Below, in pieces: positions 9,317 through 19,104 of a stretch of 44,026 nucleotides of DNA. The notes beneath the pieces were generated by a model that was not told the origin of the DNA, did not search any database, and saw only the letters and a list, made by a program, of their open reading frames with translations. The position numbers were made by a program, and so were the translations under genes. Numbering within the stretch: the stretch's first letter is position 1; every line of letters begins with the position of its first letter. Origin of the DNA: a virus (Duplodnaviria > Caudoviricetes); IMG/VR virus record IMGVR_UViG_3300032258_000005, positions 1-44,026 of that record. One strand, written 5' to 3'.

Positions 9317-9593
9317 CGCAATCGGTGCGCCGCCGGTTTAGTAGTCGGCGCACCTCTTTTACGTCCTCATCGGACAAGTCCCGCATACCCGCCCCGCCGT
9401 CCCGCATCGCCAGCACCAACCGCTTGCAGTTAAGCCGGTAGTTTAGTATGTAAAATGTTAGAGCTATTATTAGCGAGAGCGCGGTTAGTGAGAGCGCTAT
9501 AACAGGTGCGTGGCTCGTGAGGTACGCATACGTAGCCGACCCCGCACCCCCCGCCGCCGTCAAGCCGGTGGCTGTGTTTGCTACGTTTTGCAT
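9276..9593 (-). CDS. Putative holin
   Basis: Hydrophobic helices with a charged C-terminus, directly after the endolysin. ATG 9593 has GGAG upstream (alternative GTG at 9605). Confidence 0.65.
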   Translation of the reverse strand: MQNVANTATGLTAAGGAGSATYAYLTSHAPVIALSLTALSLIIALTFYILNYRLNCKRLVLAMRDGGAGMRDLSDEDVKEVRRLLNRRRTDCATCVAKGPTPPAR

Positions 9594-9612
9594 CGCGTTA
9601 GACACTCCTCGC

Positions 9613-10029
9613 TTACTCCCCTGGGCCTAGGTACCGGATGTGCGGCATATCCCAGCCGTAAAGCCCCCCGCGCTCGCCACGCCACAGGCCGCCCCACTCC
9701 ACGCGGTGGCCTAGTAGGCTAGCTGCCTGCAAGAATGCGCACGCGACCATGGCGAGGTGCTCGGGCTCCCATGAAGCGCGCCCGTCCACGAATGCGAAAA
9801 AGTCCAACGCGTTGCCGCTTTGGTGGTCGCTCTTGTCCCCGTACCCGTCCGCACGACTGCGGCCCGAGTCGAATAGCTCGCGCTGCTCGTCCGCGTCGCG
9901 TAGCCCAGAGTGTGGGCCGTGCCCGAAGTCGACAAGGGATATCTGTATGGCTAGATCACTAATCGCGATTAGTGCGGGGTTGATGCCCTCGCGGCGCTCT
10001 TTGGATCGACTGCTTAATTTAAAACACAT
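9613..10029 (-). CDS. Endolysin, M15 family L-Ala-D-Glu peptidase
   Basis: FKLSSRS, GLR...EQ, SDHQSGNALD (SxHxxGxAxD), WGGLW, DMPH. Confidence 0.92.
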   Translation of the reverse strand: MCFKLSSRSKERREGINPALIAISDLAIQISLVDFGHGPHSGLRDADEQRELFDSGRSRADGYGDKSDHQSGNALDFFAFVDGRASWEPEHLAMVACAFLQAASLLGHRVEWGGLWRGERGGLYGWDMPHIRYLGPGE

Positions 10030-10411
10030 CGGGTACGTCTCCTAGTTTGAGAGTTAGGCTAACGGCCACGGTTGCAGGGCCGTCTCCGTGGGGTGGCGCT
10101 ACGCTAAAGGTTAGCACACCCGCGCGCAGATAGGAAAGGACGGCGGGGGTTGGATCGCCCACATATCCCGACACCGCACCGGCCATCACGCCCGCGCTGA
10201 AATCGTCGGACAGCTGCCAGCCCAGCCCGGCCAACGCGTAAACGCTGCGCCGATCGTAGCTGTTCCGGTACGCGCCGACAAGGGCGGACAACAGCCGCCC
10301 GTCTTTCATCCGTTCGTAGCGCAGCCCCGCGCCGGGGTTGTCCTGCCGGTACTCTTGGCCGCCGCCAGCGTGGTGCGACAGGCCGTGTATGTCGGCAGAT
10401 ATCTCGGCCAT
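10019..10411 (-). CDS. Hypothetical beta-strand-rich protein, PagP-like beta-barrel resemblance
   Basis: SHH...NPGAGLRY...GAYRNSY...SVY...GAVSGY pattern with alternating hydrophobic strands. Confidence 0.6.
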   Translation of the reverse strand: MAEISADIHGLSHHAGGGQEYRQDNPGAGLRYERMKDGRLLSALVGAYRNSYDRRSVYALAGLGWQLSDDFSAGVMAGAVSGYVGDPTPAVLSYLRAGVLTFSVAPPHGDGPATVAVSLTLKLGDVPDVF

Positions 10412-12795
10412 CAGAGAGTGCGCATCACGCGGTTAGTGCCGTCCTGCGCCACAGCGCAGAACACGCCAAGTTCGGGCGCCCACGTTACCGCGCGCCAGTT
10501 GTTGGCCTCCGCCGGCGCGCGCGCGCCCCAGTCGATACCGTTGGCGGATACCATAACGCGGCTGGTGCCCGACGCAGCCACCGCGCAAAACATGCCAAGT
10601 TCGGGCGCCCACGCTACCGCCTCCCAGGCGCCCACGCCGCCGGCAGTGCGTGCCGTCCATGTTATTCCGTCGTCGGATGTCATGACCTGGTTGGTGCCGC
10701 CGCTGGACACTGCCACGAGTAATTCTATCTCGGGCGACCACGCCACCGCCTCCCAGCCGTTGGCCTCGGCGGCCGCCCGCGCCGTCCATGTTATTCCGTC
10801 GTCGGATGTCATGACGCGGTTGGTGCCCGTGTTGGACACCGCAACGAATAGTCCTGGCGCGGGCGCCCACGTGATGCCCTTCCACTGGTTGGCCTCGGCG
10901 GCCGCCCGCGCCGTCCATGTTATTCCGTCGTCGGATGTCATGACCTGGTTGGTGCCGTCCGACGACACTGCGGCGAACCGCCCCAGCTTTGGAGACCATG
11001 CGACCCGCTGCCACTGGTTGGCCTCGGCGGCCGCCCGCGCCGTCCATGTTATTCCGTCGTCGGATGTCATGACGCGGTTGGTGCCCGTGTTGGACACCGC
11101 AACGAATAGTCCTAGTTCGGGCGACCACGTAACAGCGCGCCAACTGTTAGCCTCGGGGGGCGTGCGCGCCGTCCATGTTATTCCGTCGTCGGATGTCATG
11201 ACCTGGTTGGTGCCGTCCGACGACACTGCGGCGAACCGCCCCAGCTTTGGAGACCATGCGACTTCCTGCCAGCCGTTAGCCTCCGCGGCCGACTCCGCCA
11301 CCCAATTACGCGTGACGATGGCGCCGAGCGTGCGCGCTGCTTTCGGGGCCGTTGCTATCTGGCGTTGGTAGCTCGCGACGGGGCGCGTAGTAGCGACAAG
11401 TGGCGCGCCCAGGGAGGGCACTGCGCAAAACACGCCCAGCTCTGGCGCCCACGTGACGCCGCTATAGTTAGTGGAGGAGGGCGGGGCCCGCGTGGCCCAG
11501 TTAACGCCGTCGGTCGACGTCATGAGGCGATCGGCGCCGCTGTTGGATACGGCGGCCAGCGCGCCTAACTCCGGCGACCACGCGACGCCCCGCCACGCAC
11601 TGCTGGGTGCCGACTGCGCGCTCCACGTAGTGCCGTCCGCCGACGTCATTACTCTATTCGTTCCGTCCGCCGACACGGCCACGAGTAACCCGTCGCCTGT
11701 GCCGGCCGCCCACGCCACCGACTCCCATTGGTTAGCCTCAGCGGCGCTACGCGCTGTCCAGTTTTCGCCGTCGGGGGACGTCATTACGCGGTTGGTGCCC
11801 GACGCGGCTACCGCGACGAACAAGCCTAACTTGGGCGACCAGGTAACCTCGCGCCACAAATTGCCCTCCGGCACTGAGTGCGTAGTCCAGTTGATACCGT
11901 CCGTCGACGTAGCTGCCCCCGACGGTGCGCTGCTGGTGCTGATCGCCACAAGTAACTCCAGCTCTGGCGACCACGCAACATCTACCCACGCGACGAGCAC
12001 GCTCAAGTCGCGTGCCGTCCAGTTGATGCCGTCGGGTGAGGTTTGGATGCGTTGCGATACCCCCGATGTGGTCGCAACGAATAAACTCAGCCCCGCCGCC
12101 CACACGATGCCGCCCCACGCAGAAGTCTCGGCGGTAGTGCGCGCCGTCCAGTTTTCGCCGTTGGTGGATGTCATGACCCGGCTTGCGCCGGATGGTGCGG
12201 TAGCCGCGAATAGCCGCAGCTCGGGTGACCATGCAATTTTCTTCCAACTGCTCGCGTCAGCAGCCTCACGCGCGCGCCAGTCGGCCAGCACTTCGCGCGC
12301 TTCGCGCGCGTTAACCGGGCTGTAATCGTACACGTTGTTGTTTAGCCGCGTATTGATCGTGGCGACGGTCGGTATGTCCGCGTCGCCCGTGCCGGTGTCC
12401 CGAAACGCCGCATCTCCCAGCCTACGCCAGTATTGCTGCGCCGTGTCGGTGACGGGGTCGTTGCCGATGTTGGCCGCAGTTTTTGACGTGTACCACTCGC
12501 CGTCACGGTTAGTCCACGCGTGCAGAGGGAATTCCTGCGCGTTGTCCCACTCGGGCACACCCATCTGGTGTAAGTACGCGATGAACTGCCCGTGCGTGAA
12601 GTCTATGGCGTTTAGGTCCTGAAGCTGGGGCGCGTCATTTACGCCCGTGATGCCTCTCCCCCGCAGAAAATCCGCGTTTACGTTGTCGTCCAGCGTGTCG
12701 GACTGCGTGACGTCGCCGAATACGGTGCGCTCGTTCGTTAGTTCGGCGGACGCGAACGCCTGCACGTTGCCAGTTTTGCGTGTGATTTTAGCCAT
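10411..12795 (-). CDS. Tail fibre / receptor-binding protein with two tandem 7-blade Asp-box (BNR) beta-propellers
   Basis: Follows baseplate genes; N-terminal anchor region then 14 repeats of ~43 aa (WSPELGLFVAV...VMTSxDGxxW). Confidence 0.88.
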   Translation of the reverse strand: MAKITRKTGNVQAFASAELTNERTVFGDVTQSDTLDDNVNADFLRGRGITGVNDAPQLQDLNAIDFTHGQFIAYLHQMGVPEWDNAQEFPLHAWTNRDGEWYTSKTAANIGNDPVTDTAQQYWRRLGDAAFRDTGTGDADIPTVATINTRLNNNVYDYSPVNAREAREVLADWRAREAADASSWKKIAWSPELRLFAATAPSGASRVMTSTNGENWTARTTAETSAWGGIVWAAGLSLFVATTSGVSQRIQTSPDGINWTARDLSVLVAWVDVAWSPELELLVAISTSSAPSGAATSTDGINWTTHSVPEGNLWREVTWSPKLGLFVAVAASGTNRVMTSPDGENWTARSAAEANQWESVAWAAGTGDGLLVAVSADGTNRVMTSADGTTWSAQSAPSSAWRGVAWSPELGALAAVSNSGADRLMTSTDGVNWATRAPPSSTNYSGVTWAPELGVFCAVPSLGAPLVATTRPVASYQRQIATAPKAARTLGAIVTRNWVAESAAEANGWQEVAWSPKLGRFAAVSSDGTNQVMTSDDGITWTARTPPEANSWRAVTWSPELGLFVAVSNTGTNRVMTSDDGITWTARAAAEANQWQRVAWSPKLGRFAAVSSDGTNQVMTSDDGITWTARAAAEANQWKGITWAPAPGLFVAVSNTGTNRVMTSDDGITWTARAAAEANGWEAVAWSPEIELLVAVSSGGTNQVMTSDDGITWTARTAGGVGAWEAVAWAPELGMFCAVAASGTSRVMVSANGIDWGARAPAEANNWRAVTWAPELGVFCAVAQDGTNRVMRTL
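10652..11300 (-). repeat. 129-nt period near-identical repeats in distal propeller
   Basis: GCCGTCCATGTTATTCCGTCGTCGGATGTCATGAC starts at 10652, 10781, 10910, 11039 and 11168. Confidence 0.95.
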
Positions 12796-13391
12796 TAGGG
12801 AAGCACCTTTCTAGCGAGTATCCCGCCGATGCGGGAGGGGTCGAATTTATCACCATAACCGCGCGCGGTTAGGTTGGAGGAGTAGCCGTAAGGGGCGGCG
12901 CCCGCCACAGTGAACGAGCGGTACCGCACGCCTTGCGGCTTAGGTAGTAGGTCCAGTGCCACCAATGTGGTCAGCCGGGATATGTCGAAAGCGGGGTCTA
13001 CGATCAGCGTCATGGTCATGTCGTAGCTATCAGTGACGTACGCCAGCCCGCCGAACGCCAGTTCGATAACGTCTTGTATACTGTTCAGCGTGTCGGGGCG
13101 TATCATGTAGCCCGCGCCGGTGTTCTTTGCAATTTTAACTTTGAGGTAGAACCGGTATTCTGTGTCGTCCACAAATTCGGGGCGGCCACGGGGTAGCCCC
13201 ACCAGGTCGCCTATCACAGATAGTTGCGCGCCGACTGCGTTGTCAACGTCGTACGCGTCCGGCACGGACTCTATAACGTCTTTGATCGCTTCCCAGCCCG
13301 CCGCCTTGCCTGATATCTCGGCGACCGCTTGCGGCTGTTCCCGATAGAGTGCGGTCAGCAAACCGGCGTAGGCGTCGGTGTAGGCGGTCAT
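12795..13391 (-). CDS. Baseplate protein (DUF2612-like)
   Basis: DVDNAVGAQLSVIGDLVG, DDTEYRFYLKVKI, LLPKPQGV; located after baseplate J. Confidence 0.85.
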   Translation of the reverse strand: MTAYTDAYAGLLTALYREQPQAVAEISGKAAGWEAIKDVIESVPDAYDVDNAVGAQLSVIGDLVGLPRGRPEFVDDTEYRFYLKVKIAKNTGAGYMIRPDTLNSIQDVIELAFGGLAYVTDSYDMTMTLIVDPAFDISRLTTLVALDLLPKPQGVRYRSFTVAGAAPYGYSSNLTARGYGDKFDPSRIGGILARKVLP

Positions 13392-14557
13392 ATTACCGTG
13401 ACCACGATATCAGCTGCGTCGAGCGTAAAGCGCTCGTCGTAGTCCGACACCTCGCGCCCGCCAGTGTATGTGATACCGTCGCTCGACACCTCCAACAGCG
13501 TGGCGATGAAATTATCAGCAGCGGAGTACGCCAGCGCGTACAGCTCGGAAGCTAGCGCGTTCTCGGCGATCCGGTACGCGCGTGACGCCAGCGCCGCTTT
13601 GATGCTCGCGGTATCGATGCCCGACCCGTCGCGGCTTTCAACCGTGATATTAATGTACAACGGGGTGAGCGTGGGCCGGTCAAACTGCACTATGTGACTG
13701 AGTAGCAACGTGCTGCCGTCCGGGCGGGTGCGCTCCTCCACATAGGTGCCCGACACCGCGCCCTTTTTAGCCGTGCCGGCGTTCTTGGCGATGGCCAGCG
13801 CTTCGACGATGTCGTCCACCGCGCCACCCTCGACCACCGCCCATATGCTGTGCGGCACCATGTCGCGCGTCGCGTCGTGGGTTGACATGTCGTTCTCATA
13901 CGCGACCACATCGGTAACGCCCGCGACGCCCGCAACGGCGGAAAACAGGCCGCCCAGCGAGGAGGTGGCGGGAAGCGTTAAAAGCTGTTTGCGACGTACG
14001 CGCGCGGCGCCTATCGATTCCTCGGCGACCCCTATGGTCGCCTCGGCGGCGTTAGTGACGGACAGCACACCCAGAACGATAGTCGTCTGGGTCGTCACGG
14101 TGTTTATACCCGCCTCGACCGCCCCGAACGCCGCAGCGTGCAGCGTGACCGCGTTGGCCCCGGTTAGCGTTGCGGTTGGGTCGTCCAGCGCCCACCCTTG
14201 CCCGGTGTCGTCCTCTACGGTCCAGCCCGCCGGAAGTGTTAAGTCTCGGTCCGTTGTCACCGTAACGTCGACGGTGGAGCGGGTGGGCACAAGTAACGAG
14301 GTGCCCACCAGTTTCAGCAGGCTGTTGAAGGCGGTACCCGTGGCCAGTTCGGGGTCCATGCCGTTAAATATCTGGAGCACGGCGGATTGGATATCCATCC
14401 GGTGTTTGGCCTCGATGCCGATGCGCTGCCCGTCCGGGCTTTCGGGGTCGGTGTTAATGTCGGCCCCGTACGCGGCTTCGTACGCGGCGACCAGCTCGGC
14501 TACAATCTCATCGTAGGTTTGGGTGGTCATGCCGTCGTCGGTAATTGCGAATGTCAT
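13388..14557 (-). CDS. Baseplate J/gp47-like wedge protein
   Basis: SPDGQRIG, G..EES...R, PHSIWAVVEGG; size and position. Confidence 0.9.
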   Translation of the reverse strand: MTFAITDDGMTTQTYDEIVAELVAAYEAAYGADINTDPESPDGQRIGIEAKHRMDIQSAVLQIFNGMDPELATGTAFNSLLKLVGTSLLVPTRSTVDVTVTTDRDLTLPAGWTVEDDTGQGWALDDPTATLTGANAVTLHAAAFGAVEAGINTVTTQTTIVLGVLSVTNAAEATIGVAEESIGAARVRRKQLLTLPATSSLGGLFSAVAGVAGVTDVVAYENDMSTHDATRDMVPHSIWAVVEGGAVDDIVEALAIAKNAGTAKKGAVSGTYVEERTRPDGSTLLLSHIVQFDRPTLTPLYINITVESRDGSGIDTASIKAALASRAYRIAENALASELYALAYSAADNFIATLLEVSSDGITYTGGREVSDYDERFTLDAADIVVTVI

Positions 14558-14904
14558 AGCGTGACGGTCTCCGTAGTCTCTGTGTTGTATATGTCGCGGT
14601 ACGTGAGGGACACGGACACCGACCTGTCAGCCGCCCGCGTAGCTGTAACTCGCGTGACCTGCCTAACGCCCTGGGTGGCTAGCACTACGCGGCGCACTTC
14701 GGCGACCAGCCGGGTTTCGTCGCCGGGCTGGCCGAGTATGCCCCGCCACGGTGAGCCGTGCGACGTATCCAAAAACCAATCGCCGCGCATGGATTTAATG
14801 CGGGTCGACACCGTTTGTGTGATGGCCTCGGACCGCTGCGCGTAGTTCGCGCGGCCCTTGCCGAAGGTCCAGTCACCCGCGGGCGTTAGTCTTGATACAA
14901 TCAT
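14554..14904 (-). CDS. Baseplate wedge / sheath initiator (gp25/W-like)
   Basis: GDWTFG, RGDWFLDTSHG, VLATQGV; position. Confidence 0.8.
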   Translation of the reverse strand: MIVSRLTPAGDWTFGKGRANYAQRSEAITQTVSTRIKSMRGDWFLDTSHGSPWRGILGQPGDETRLVAEVRRVVLATQGVRQVTRVTATRAADRSVSVSLTYRDIYNTETTETVTL

Positions 14905-15494
14905 GCCACCCCCGTTACGATGCCGTTGACAAAAGTGATAGTGCCGCCGTTGCCCACGTAAGTGCCCGTAACGCCCGCCGTGCCCCCCACACTAAAAGTA
15001 GCCGCCTCGACGTTTCCGTTCACGTCAAGTGCGCCGGTTAGTGTCGTGTCGCCCGTGCGTTCCATGTTGCCCTCGTGCACTGCGTTCCCCACCCGTTTCA
15101 ACGTGTCGGGGATAGGTATGGCGCTGGCCAGGGGGTTAATGCCCACCAGCGCGAACCCGTCGCTGTAGTCGTGCATCCGGGCCGAGGGGGGCCGGGTACC
15201 GTCTTGGCCCGCGTACCACGCATCGAAGCACCGCTCCGTGATAAAAATTATACAGTAGTCGCCGGGGGCGATAGGGTACGCGTCGTAGCTGCCCCCGCCT
15301 TGTAAAAATATAGGCGGCACGTCCACAAATAACGGGAGCTGTACCGCCTCGCCGTCGACGATGCGTGGCACCACGGGCAAACACTCAAGCGTGGTTTCGT
15401 CGACCGTTTCCACGCGCGCAATCGTGGCGGTGTGCAGGTTGGAGAGCCCCTCCGCGAGTGCGATGGATAGTATCTCTAGTAGGTCCGCGGACAT
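14901..15494 (-). CDS. Baseplate central spike (Gp138/GpV-like)
   Basis: DVPPIFLQGGG...PIAPGDYC...ERCFDAW...RMHDYSDG, with a beta-helix-like C-terminus. Confidence 0.88.
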   Translation of the reverse strand: MSADLLEILSIALAEGLSNLHTATIARVETVDETTLECLPVVPRIVDGEAVQLPLFVDVPPIFLQGGGSYDAYPIAPGDYCIIFITERCFDAWYAGQDGTRPPSARMHDYSDGFALVGINPLASAIPIPDTLKRVGNAVHEGNMERTGDTTLTGALDVNGNVEAATFSVGGTAGVTGTYVGNGGTITFVNGIVTGVA

Positions 15495-16333
15495 TAAAGC
15501 ACCGTGTAATTAGGTAGTAACAATCCGTTGACGGTCTGCAACCAGTCCGCCCCGCGTGTATCCCCACTATAGCCCATCGAATCGATTTTATAAACACCGT
15601 TCAAATGGGGCGCGTTAGCGCTGCGCATTTCGAACCGCCCGCCAAGGCGTAGCAGGGGGTTAAAAAGCGTGCTGAATTCTATGCGCGATTGCTCGCGGCT
15701 CGGCGTGTTTAGCAGGCCTGTATCCGCGTCGACCACCGGTACCGACACGCCCACCACGTCGGACGCGCCCAGTATATACAGTTGCCCCTCGTCTATGTAG
15801 CACGACTCACCCGCGCCGGACTGCTCAGATAGCAGGCGGCTACTGGCCCCCAACAGTACGGTGGGGCGCGACAGCTGCGGGCGGGGCGCGACCCTACCGC
15901 GCGTGGTGTTAGGCATGTCCTGTAGTATGGCGGCGACCGGATCGGCCCCGCCACGAACGGTACGCGACGTGAACGCGGTCAAGTGGTCGAACCCGCCATC
16001 GATCACGTCAAGCGTGGTCACCATCTGTGGGCCTTCGCGCTCGCTCGACCCCCGCTGTAGTTGCCCCGTGAACACGCGGCGTAGGTTGCCCGCGTAGCCC
16101 ACGGATAGATTGACGCCTATCGGCCCGCGCGTGTTGTCCTCGTTGTCCTTAGCGAGCGCAGCGCGCGTGTCCTTGCCCATGCCTTCTATGCTGATCGTGG
16201 CGGTGTTAAGCCCGCCCGCCGTCGACTTGGACACGTCGAACGACATGCGGAACGGCGGCGTTATCGTGACGGCCTTGGTGGGCGACACCTGCACGACTAG
16301 TTCATAGTCGCGGTTAAATCGGGACGGGGGCAT
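15494..16333 (-). CDS. Baseplate hub protein
   Basis: F.V.KS...N.A.I.I, VGYAG...VFTGQ, TGLLNTP pattern; position. Confidence 0.8.
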   Translation of the reverse strand: MPPSRFNRDYELVVQVSPTKAVTITPPFRMSFDVSKSTAGGLNTATISIEGMGKDTRAALAKDNEDNTRGPIGVNLSVGYAGNLRRVFTGQLQRGSSEREGPQMVTTLDVIDGGFDHLTAFTSRTVRGGADPVAAILQDMPNTTRGRVAPRPQLSRPTVLLGASSRLLSEQSGAGESCYIDEGQLYILGASDVVGVSVPVVDADTGLLNTPSREQSRIEFSTLFNPLLRLGGRFEMRSANAPHLNGVYKIDSMGYSGDTRGADWLQTVNGLLLPNYTVL

Positions 16334-16655
16334 CGCGTACGACCTCCATGTCCGCCGCGTTCAGCATGAACAGCGCAACGCGGCCCGTCGCGAAATCGTC
16401 TAGGCGCATAGGGTCGAGGCCCGCGCCGGATGTGTCCAGCGCTTTAAAATCGAACGGAAAATTAAACGACCCTAGGCAGCTGGCGCTTGCACCGATCCGC
16501 ACGCCAAGCGCGCGCCGGTCTTTATACGTTGCGTCGATAGTCCACATCTGTGCCACGGGGTAGAAGCGCAACGAGATAATAACCTCGCTCTCGCCAAGCT
16601 TAACCGTGTGTTGCTGGTGCGGGTCGTCCGTAATGTTAATTATGCGTACTGGCAT
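16314..16655 (-). CDS. Baseplate-associated virion protein
   Basis: Position between Dit-like and hub genes; beta-rich. Confidence 0.7.
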   Translation of the reverse strand: MPVRIINITDDPHQQHTVKLGESEVIISLRFYPVAQMWTIDATYKDRRALGVRIGASASCLGSFNFPFDFKALDTSGAGLDPMRLDDFATGRVALFMLNAADMEVVRDAPVPI

Positions 16656-16658
16656 GGC

Positions 16659-17396
16659 CTACCCTAGTATTTGGCTAAGTAGCGACGTCGGGGCCGGTTC
16701 GCCCGCCTGCGTGCCCTGGTCGACGGGTGCGTCGGTTTGCCCCCCGAGCGCCGTACTTGGCGCGGCTACTACAGTTGTTTTAAGCTCGGACGTTAGGAAC
16801 TCTTGGGCCTCGATTGTAAATTCGGTCGTGTCGGTCCCGTTGTCCGTCGACGCCTCGAACATCGTCACGCGCATATTGTGCCGGGTTACGTGGGGCATCT
16901 CGATATCAATCAACGCCAGCGAGTAGTGCAGCGTCTCCATGTGCGAGAGAAATCGCTGTTGTATCGTTTTCGATTCGTCCTGGTCGCCGAATAGCTCAAG
17001 CAACTGCGTGCCGGTGTCGAGCAGGTTATCAAGCGCCCGCACCGCATCCGCTGCCTGGTTGGCCAGCGCGGAAAGCTGCTGCAACTGCGCCTGCGTCTGT
17101 GGGCCTGCGTACTGGCTTGCTACGTTCGACGCCTCCGCCTGCGCGCTTTGTATCGCCGCGATGGCAGGATTAGCCAGCAGCATTATGTCGGCCACACTAC
17201 CCGTGATAGTGAGCGTGAGCGGTTTTAAAATAATGTGGTCGTGCTGCTCGTTGCCGCTCTCGACCGTCGTGCTCGGTACCTCCGACTCTAGCTTGAAGCT
17301 GTCCGACACGCGCGCGAAAAGCGTAAAGCCCCCTATGCCTACAGGTACCCGATCGCCCGCGATGAGCGACCCCACATAGTCCGCTACTTGGCCCAT
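16659..17396 (-). CDS. Dit-like / tail tube initiator protein
   Basis: VESG...DHIILKPLTLTITG motif; follows the tape measure. Confidence 0.75.
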   Translation of the reverse strand: MGQVADYVGSLIAGDRVPVGIGGFTLFARVSDSFKLESEVPSTTVESGNEQHDHIILKPLTLTITGSVADIMLLANPAIAAIQSAQAEASNVASQYAGPQTQAQLQQLSALANQAADAVRALDNLLDTGTQLLELFGDQDESKTIQQRFLSHMETLHYSLALIDIEMPHVTRHNMRVTMFEASTDNGTDTTEFTIEAQEFLTSELKTTVVAAPSTALGGQTDAPVDQGTQAGEPAPTSLLSQILG

Positions 17397-18889
17397 TAGC
17401 GGCCCCCTACGTTAAGTTGTCGCGCGGCGTTGTCTAGCTGACGTTGGAGCCCGTCGCCCGCCACCCGCCCCGCGCGTACCGGGTCGGCCGTCGTGATGTT
17501 TTGGGTCACGTCTAAGTTAACGCTGCTTGATTGGTTGCGTGTTACGCTGCCCGCACCCGTGCCCACGGGTATCGAGTCGGGCGCGAAGCCGGGCACGAAG
17601 TCCACGGGCGCGGGTGCAGTCGCAGCGTCGTCGCCCAACCCGAAAAAGTCCGCTACGGTTGTTTGAAATTCACGCACCGGCCCCAGCATCTGGTCGAGGA
17701 GCGCGTTAACCTGCGCGCCCAATCCGCCGAACGCGGACAGAATGTGCGCGATAGCGGCGTCAAAGTCGCCCATCATAACCGCCGCGCCTGCGCTAAATAG
17801 GTCAGATAGGAAATTTTGCAGCGGAACGAGCGCAGACATGACCTGTGCGACCATGTCACGCATAAGCGCACCGGCGTCAACGCCGAAAGTATTGGCGAAA
17901 AAGTCAGCAATGACGGACTTGCCGCCCTGAAACGCCACGATTAGATCGTCGAAAATGAGGATCGCCGCCGCAACGCCCGCCGTCCACAGGACAATCGGGG
18001 ACAAAAGCAACGCGGCGACCCCAACGAACCCTAACGCGGCGACCTTTGCGGCAAGAAAACCCGCCGCCAGTACGCCGAACAGGGGCATTAATCGCCCCAG
18101 TGCATCGAATAGATTACCGATCCACTCCACCGTAGCGGCTAGCCCGCTTACGATCCACTCTTGGTTGTCCGCTATTAGCTGCGCCATGCCGTCGGACAGG
18201 CGCGCCATCTGCGGCGCAAGCCCTACGGCGGCTAGCTGCTTGACACTATTGAGCGAAAACCACAATGAATCGAGGCTTTTTGCGTAGTCTGCGGCCTGTT
18301 CTGTTTGTTCGTGGGTCAGCGTGCCGAGTTCCCGCGCGCGGTCCCTTAGCCCCGCGATCTCCCCGCTGGTTCTATTGAGCAGTTGGAGCAAACTGGAATC
18401 GATACCGATAGCGCCGGCTAGGCTTTCCTGCTCGCGCATCGTCAAACCCATGTCGGCGAACCGGCCGCGCACCTCGTCGAGCACCTTATCGGCGGTTTTT
18501 AGTTCGCCGTTTGCGTCGCGAACTGAGATACCAAGGCGCGCGAAATCGTCCGACCCCCGCAAAGAGGCCGCACCAATAGCGCTAGTTAGGTTTGATATAG
18601 TGGAGGTCATCGCGCCGACAGAACTTTGATTCTGTGTGGCCATGAAGTTTAATTCTTGGATGGTACTGACCGCAACGTCCGTACGTGCACTAAGCGCGTC
18701 GAGCGAGTCAACGCCGCCGAGTATGTTGTCCGCCCAGATAGCGACGCCCGCGCCGACAGCCGTAACACCCGCGAGCATACCGCCTAGCAGTTTGACGGAC
18801 GAGCTCAGCCCCTGGTTGAACTGGTCGAGCGGCGCGGTGGTGCCGTCATAGGAAAATTTGGTTACTAGGTCGTTTACAACTTCGGCCAC
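17396..18889 (-). CDS. Tail tape measure protein
   Basis: Ala/Gly-rich helical protein with hydrophobic segments; FARLGISVRDANG; follows the chaperones. Confidence 0.88.
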   Translation of the reverse strand: MAEVVNDLVTKFSYDGTTAPLDQFNQGLSSSVKLLGGMLAGVTAVGAGVAIWADNILGGVDSLDALSARTDVAVSTIQELNFMATQNQSSVGAMTSTISNLTSAIGAASLRGSDDFARLGISVRDANGELKTADKVLDEVRGRFADMGLTMREQESLAGAIGIDSSLLQLLNRTSGEIAGLRDRARELGTLTHEQTEQAADYAKSLDSLWFSLNSVKQLAAVGLAPQMARLSDGMAQLIADNQEWIVSGLAATVEWIGNLFDALGRLMPLFGVLAAGFLAAKVAALGFVGVAALLLSPIVLWTAGVAAAILIFDDLIVAFQGGKSVIADFFANTFGVDAGALMRDMVAQVMSALVPLQNFLSDLFSAGAAVMMGDFDAAIAHILSAFGGLGAQVNALLDQMLGPVREFQTTVADFFGLGDDAATAPAPVDFVPGFAPDSIPVGTGAGSVTRNQSSSVNLDVTQNITTADPVRAGRVAGDGLQRQLDNAARQLNVGGR

Positions 18890-18892
18890 TGG

Positions 18893-19030
18893 CTAGCCCT
18901 CCGGGTTGTCGTAGTGGTAGCGCTCCAGGTCGTTTTGGATGTGCTCGTACTCTATCAAGTCTAGCACGTCCGGCGTGTCTAGTTCGCGCATCTCAGCAAG
19001 CGAGCCGTAGCCCTTGCGCGCTAAGTACAT
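18893..19030 (-). CDS. Second tail assembly chaperone ORF (C-terminus of a G-T frameshift product); not in the ORF track
   Basis: MYLARKGYGSLAEMRELDTPDVLDLIEYEHIQNDLERYHYDNPEG*; frame stays open upstream to the slippery site. Confidence 0.75.
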   Translation of the reverse strand: MYLARKGYGSLAEMRELDTPDVLDLIEYEHIQNDLERYHYDNPEG

Positions 19031-19104
19031 CAGCGTTGCGTCGTCGTCGCCCACATTTGAGAACGCGACCAGCGCGCCGCCGCCTATGCGCCGTACGGGT
19101 ACGG

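Noticed and set aside
10355-12325. Long plus-strand ORFs (338 aa, 284 aa)
   Set aside because: Antisense shadows of the repetitive GC-rich tail fibre gene, with no RBS or independent motifs.
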